From Phoronis australis (lineage: Eukaryota > Animalia > Phoronida): a stretch of 64,000 bases of DNA. Below are positions 60,701 through 64,000 of the stretch, piece after piece. How positions within the stretch are numbered: position 1 is the first letter of the stretch; each line of letters opens with the position of its first letter. The notes beneath the pieces are model-generated. The model saw only the letters and a program-made list of their open reading frames with translations, searched no databases and had not been told where the DNA came from. The stretch spans positions 113,772 through 177,771 of the forward strand of contig NMRA01000498.1 of NCBI GenBank assembly GCA_002633005.1, in the 5' to 3' direction. The translations under genes and the position numbers were made by a program.

Positions 60701-63480
60701 AGAAAGGCTTCTTTTCTCTGCAATTTCATAGAAAATTTTCATGCCAACTCTAGGGTACAGAATGTTTGATTCTTTTCAGAATGAAGTTTAGGCATGTTAT
60801 GCATTCTGTCATCATACTTAGCGTGATTAGATTTCAACAGCGCAAGATTCATGCTGAATAGTTATTGCTAATTTTCACCAAGCTGCAGTCTTTCCATGAT
60901 TGTTTACTTAAATCTGATTGCAAAAATTTGAAGTGACATCAGTGCTTAAAACACCAGCAACATTCAATAATTTGTCAGTCTTAGTAAATAAACAGTATCT
61001 GAATGCTCGATCCTATTTGTAATCTTTTTTACAAGCTTTGCAAAGCTTATAGCGCTTCTTTTTTCTATGTTTAGCCTCTAGAGATCCGTGAAGATGTGCC
61101 TGAGAGAGTGAGGAAGGTTGACAAACTTGGAATTTGGTTGGAAAAGGACGATGGCTCCTTCGTGAAAACTCTCACTGCTCTGGAGAGTGGAAGGTATCTC
61201 TTTGATGTTCTGTTTGTTTTCGTGTGAGCTCTTTAAACATCCTGACATTTTTCTTTTTTTCAAAAGTCATTCTTGTTTCTCAGTTTCTTTGTTCTTGTTG
61301 CATTATTTTTTTGCTGTCGGATGGTCTGAGAATTGACTGCCCCCTTGCGAAAAGTCGACAAACGAACAATAAGTTTTACCCGCAACGTGTTGTTTCTTGG
61401 GTAAAATGGCCGCTGGGAAAAGAAGGTGTGTCAAGAATGCTGCGTTCTGATTGGTCAGTTAAGCCGTCACTCAAAATCCTGGCAATAGGTCAATTGTTTT
61501 TGAAGCAGTGCCACCTGTGAAGTCTTGCAGGGAAACTAATGTGGGCTTCTAAAGGCATTTTGAGACCAACAATCATGATATCAAAGGGAGGATTGTTCAG
61601 CATAATACCTAATATGTTTTCTTAATACCGAATAATTTTATACCAAACATAGACATTTTATTTCATTTGGTTTGTCAACTTTTTGATTTGTGTGTTATAT
61701 TCTTCTGGTAAAGGTAAGGTTATGTCTTCTTGCTTGTCCTTCTTGAATGCTTTAATTTCTAAATCATCTGGCTATTACAAAAATTATTTCTGAATCAATC
61801 TTACAGTACTGTAGTTAGCATCTCAAGAATTGTATGATCAGGCTTACTTTAAAATCCAGCTTCTGCCCACAGGTCTGGTAATTGGAATTATGTTGCACAC
61901 TCAGCAGAATTAATGAGAAACATAATATGGCAACATTGTACAAATGTTTTAGCTTGTAAATGGTCACATTTCTGGTTCAATTTTCAAACTTCAAAAACCT
62001 AATTATGTGTACTTTTCACAAATTATTCAAATGTGTTTTTAATAACTTTCAAAACCGAAATTAAAAAAAATACTTTTGTCTACCCCAGTGTGTTTATGAT
62101 GGGTCTGATTATCTTGAGAACGATAACATCAGCTGCGTGAGGTGATGCACAGTAATTAACTACAACTACACGGTGTGTTTGATCAATGCTGGCAAATTTC
62201 AAGGTACACAAACCAGTCGAGTTGCCCAATCTCAACGGGTGGTGGTGTCAACATAGGTTTCTTTTTATGATTACTCTTTGTAACAGGTTATCAATCATTC
62301 CAAAAGAGGCCAAGGCAGTTTTGACGTGAAAATTTACATAAAATTAATTAAATTTGTGCACCTGGAGTTGAAACATTTAACTATTGGATTACGTAAAGGT
62401 AACTGCCACTTAATTTTAATTGTTTTTAACATTTTAATCAGTCGGTGTGCTTGTGTTCTGTCAGCCTCACTAGCGCGACAGGTACGTATTTGTTAACCTG
62501 TGAGGAAGGTGAGGACATAAAACGATAACATCAGCGGATCATGCTGTAATTGTGTTTTGCTGTTTCTGACAGTTTTGCGGAGTCTATAAAAATTCGTCAC
62601 TGTCATCTGGCTACTTTGTAGTCAATCCTCTTACAAAATTTTTAAAGCGTTTGTAACTGCAAATGTGTCTCAGAAACCCATGCGTGAATTGCATTCTTGT
62701 ATTTTCAGCTGCGATGAAGCTGGCCAGGTCTCGTTGTGGCCGTTGTAGTTCCAATGCCAAAATCGTTTGTTAATTCATTGCTAGGAAACTGTTGAAACAA
62801 GGATTTGGTTGTATGCCATGAGATCAGTGGGGAAATGTTCAAATATCGCATGTTGATTGTTTCTATAAAACGTTTGCTCTGCTAGATTTTGTGGAACAGA
62901 GCTCCAGAGGTTGTATCATGATATGTTGCCATGGCCACAGCAAAATCATGATTCATTGACCTCACACTAAACTCACTGGCAAATAATTTTAGCACCTTGA
63001 CCTGCTATCTGGTATTGGGTAAAAGAGATGAACATGCCATTCTCGAATGGAGAAAAACACATAGTTTTTGGTGTCGTGCTCCTTTAAAGACCAGAAAAGT
63101 AACTTTGAAAACCCACGTGTTTATTTCATGTATTGAAATGGAACCCTCTGTTTTGGTTATTTTTACGCAAGTTAAGCAATCCTAATTATACAATAACTCC
63201 ATGGACTGAATCGTGCAGTTTTTTAGTTTCTTCAACATGAAGTTTCACCGTTGCTATGGTAACTCGCATTATTCCAGTTTGAAGTTTGCAATCACACGGC
63301 TTGGGACTTGAAACTAATGTTTAGGATTACATAACAAGGGTTCCCTAATTGTGCATCAATGGTTCTTGTTCTTGTCACAGACTGGTGTGCAGAGACATTG
63401 GTGGATCTGATCCTGAGAGGATGGCGGCGCCCCAAGTGGCGGAATATCTTACTGACTTGTTCAAGGGCACGCCTGTCAAG
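54768..63480 (+). CDS. M17 leucyl/cytosol aminopeptidase-like protein (W07G4.4-like), 5' part; continues beyond the window
   Basis: Exons 54768-54775, 57654-57789, 58547-58612, 60086-60168, 60585-60693, 61075-61193 and 63381-63480. All GT-AG with consistent phases. Motifs: RLVFSPTGPLNRDYDDVRRF, LGALQTLYVPLEIRE, LESGRLVCRDIGGSDPERMAAP. Confidence 0.9.
55041..55302. mobile_element. 262-bp MITE with ~40-bp TIRs and a 9-bp target-site duplication
   Basis: TAGACAATGACCACTGTCTCTAGCTGGTCCCAGTAGAGATG ... CATCTCTATTGGGGCCAGCTAGAGACAGTGGTAGTGTCTA, flanked by GTAAGAGGC and GCAAGAGGC. Confidence 0.85.
56120..56400 (-). pseudogene. Decayed copy A of an unidentified ORF
   Basis: PGWRR...IRKFPRVICHETKCVDFIVNNRHILKCAFPQLPYIMP...QLEFDDCQAPP. 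Homologous to 56860-57263 but with an internal deletion. Confidence 0.65.
56812..57263 (+). pseudogene. Decayed copy B of an unidentified ORF (one frameshift)
   Basis: SGWRRPDWE...IRKFLWVFYCETKCADYIVNNRHILKCAF/LPYIVPYINWWLSLERRHCVYELLAIGQHFLSSDIQQVVFDYLQAPP, from ORFs 56812..57267 and 57054..57263. Confidence 0.65.
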
Positions 63481-64000
63481 GTAGGTAGGTGCTTGGTAGT
63501 TAGGCAGTTACATTTTTACTCTGTTGCTTTAAATTGTATTGGCCATTTAGGATAGTTATAGTTTCATAAGGAATGACGCTTGATCAAGTACCTGTTTTTG
63601 TTTCCAGTCTAATTTTAGTTTACGATTTATGTTTGCTGTGTAGCTTAGGCATACGTTTCTCTGTGGTTCACGATTTGTTCATTTTACAGAGTGGCATCAT
63701 TTAAGAAGAGCATTGGATTGTTTTATTCTCCTAAATGTCCCGACTATTAAAATTGTTTTGGAACCCAAAACTAATTAGCAAGTGAAGGCAAATCAATCTC
63801 CGTCTATGCACGTTTACACTCAATAGTGGCGGATACATGATGGGGGGTCTCAGAGAATACAAATCCTCCTTCAGGGGACATGATCTAAAAATACAAAACC
63901 CTTTGCGAGCACAAAATACTCTTCCCGCCTGAGTAAATCATTCCAAGGGCAAAGTCATGGATTTCCTTGTAATTGTTTTAGACAGTTGCATGACAGAGAT

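Overview
This is eukaryotic (animal, AT-rich, probably invertebrate) genomic DNA with spliced genes. It is not prokaryotic, and I found no CRISPR array, rRNA or intact tRNA. Five intron-containing genes can be reconstructed by hand with splice phases that add up, in strictly alternating orientation: SFR1 (+), a securin/PTTG-like gene (-), NAGK (+), FAHD2A (-) and an M17 leucyl-aminopeptidase-like gene (+, runs off the window end). Securin/NAGK and FAHD2A/aminopeptidase are head-to-head pairs. The first ~13 kb is mostly decayed mobile DNA: an L1/Tx1-like LINE with an inverted 5' part, an integrase-type (IS3EU-like) transposase remnant, and an orphan KMT2C/D PHD pseudo-exon. Introns contain four minisatellites, a Kolobok-like element with a P2X7-tail-like ORF remnant, gypsy gag and LTR fragments, tRNA-derived SINE heads and MITEs. 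The best candidate for something undescribed is a TIR-element family (27836-28370, 55041-55302, 55531-57263) associated with two divergent, codon-diverged copies of an ORF I cannot assign. Several duplications next to single N characters are probably assembly or haplotype artefacts. All homology calls come from recalled motifs, not from database searches.
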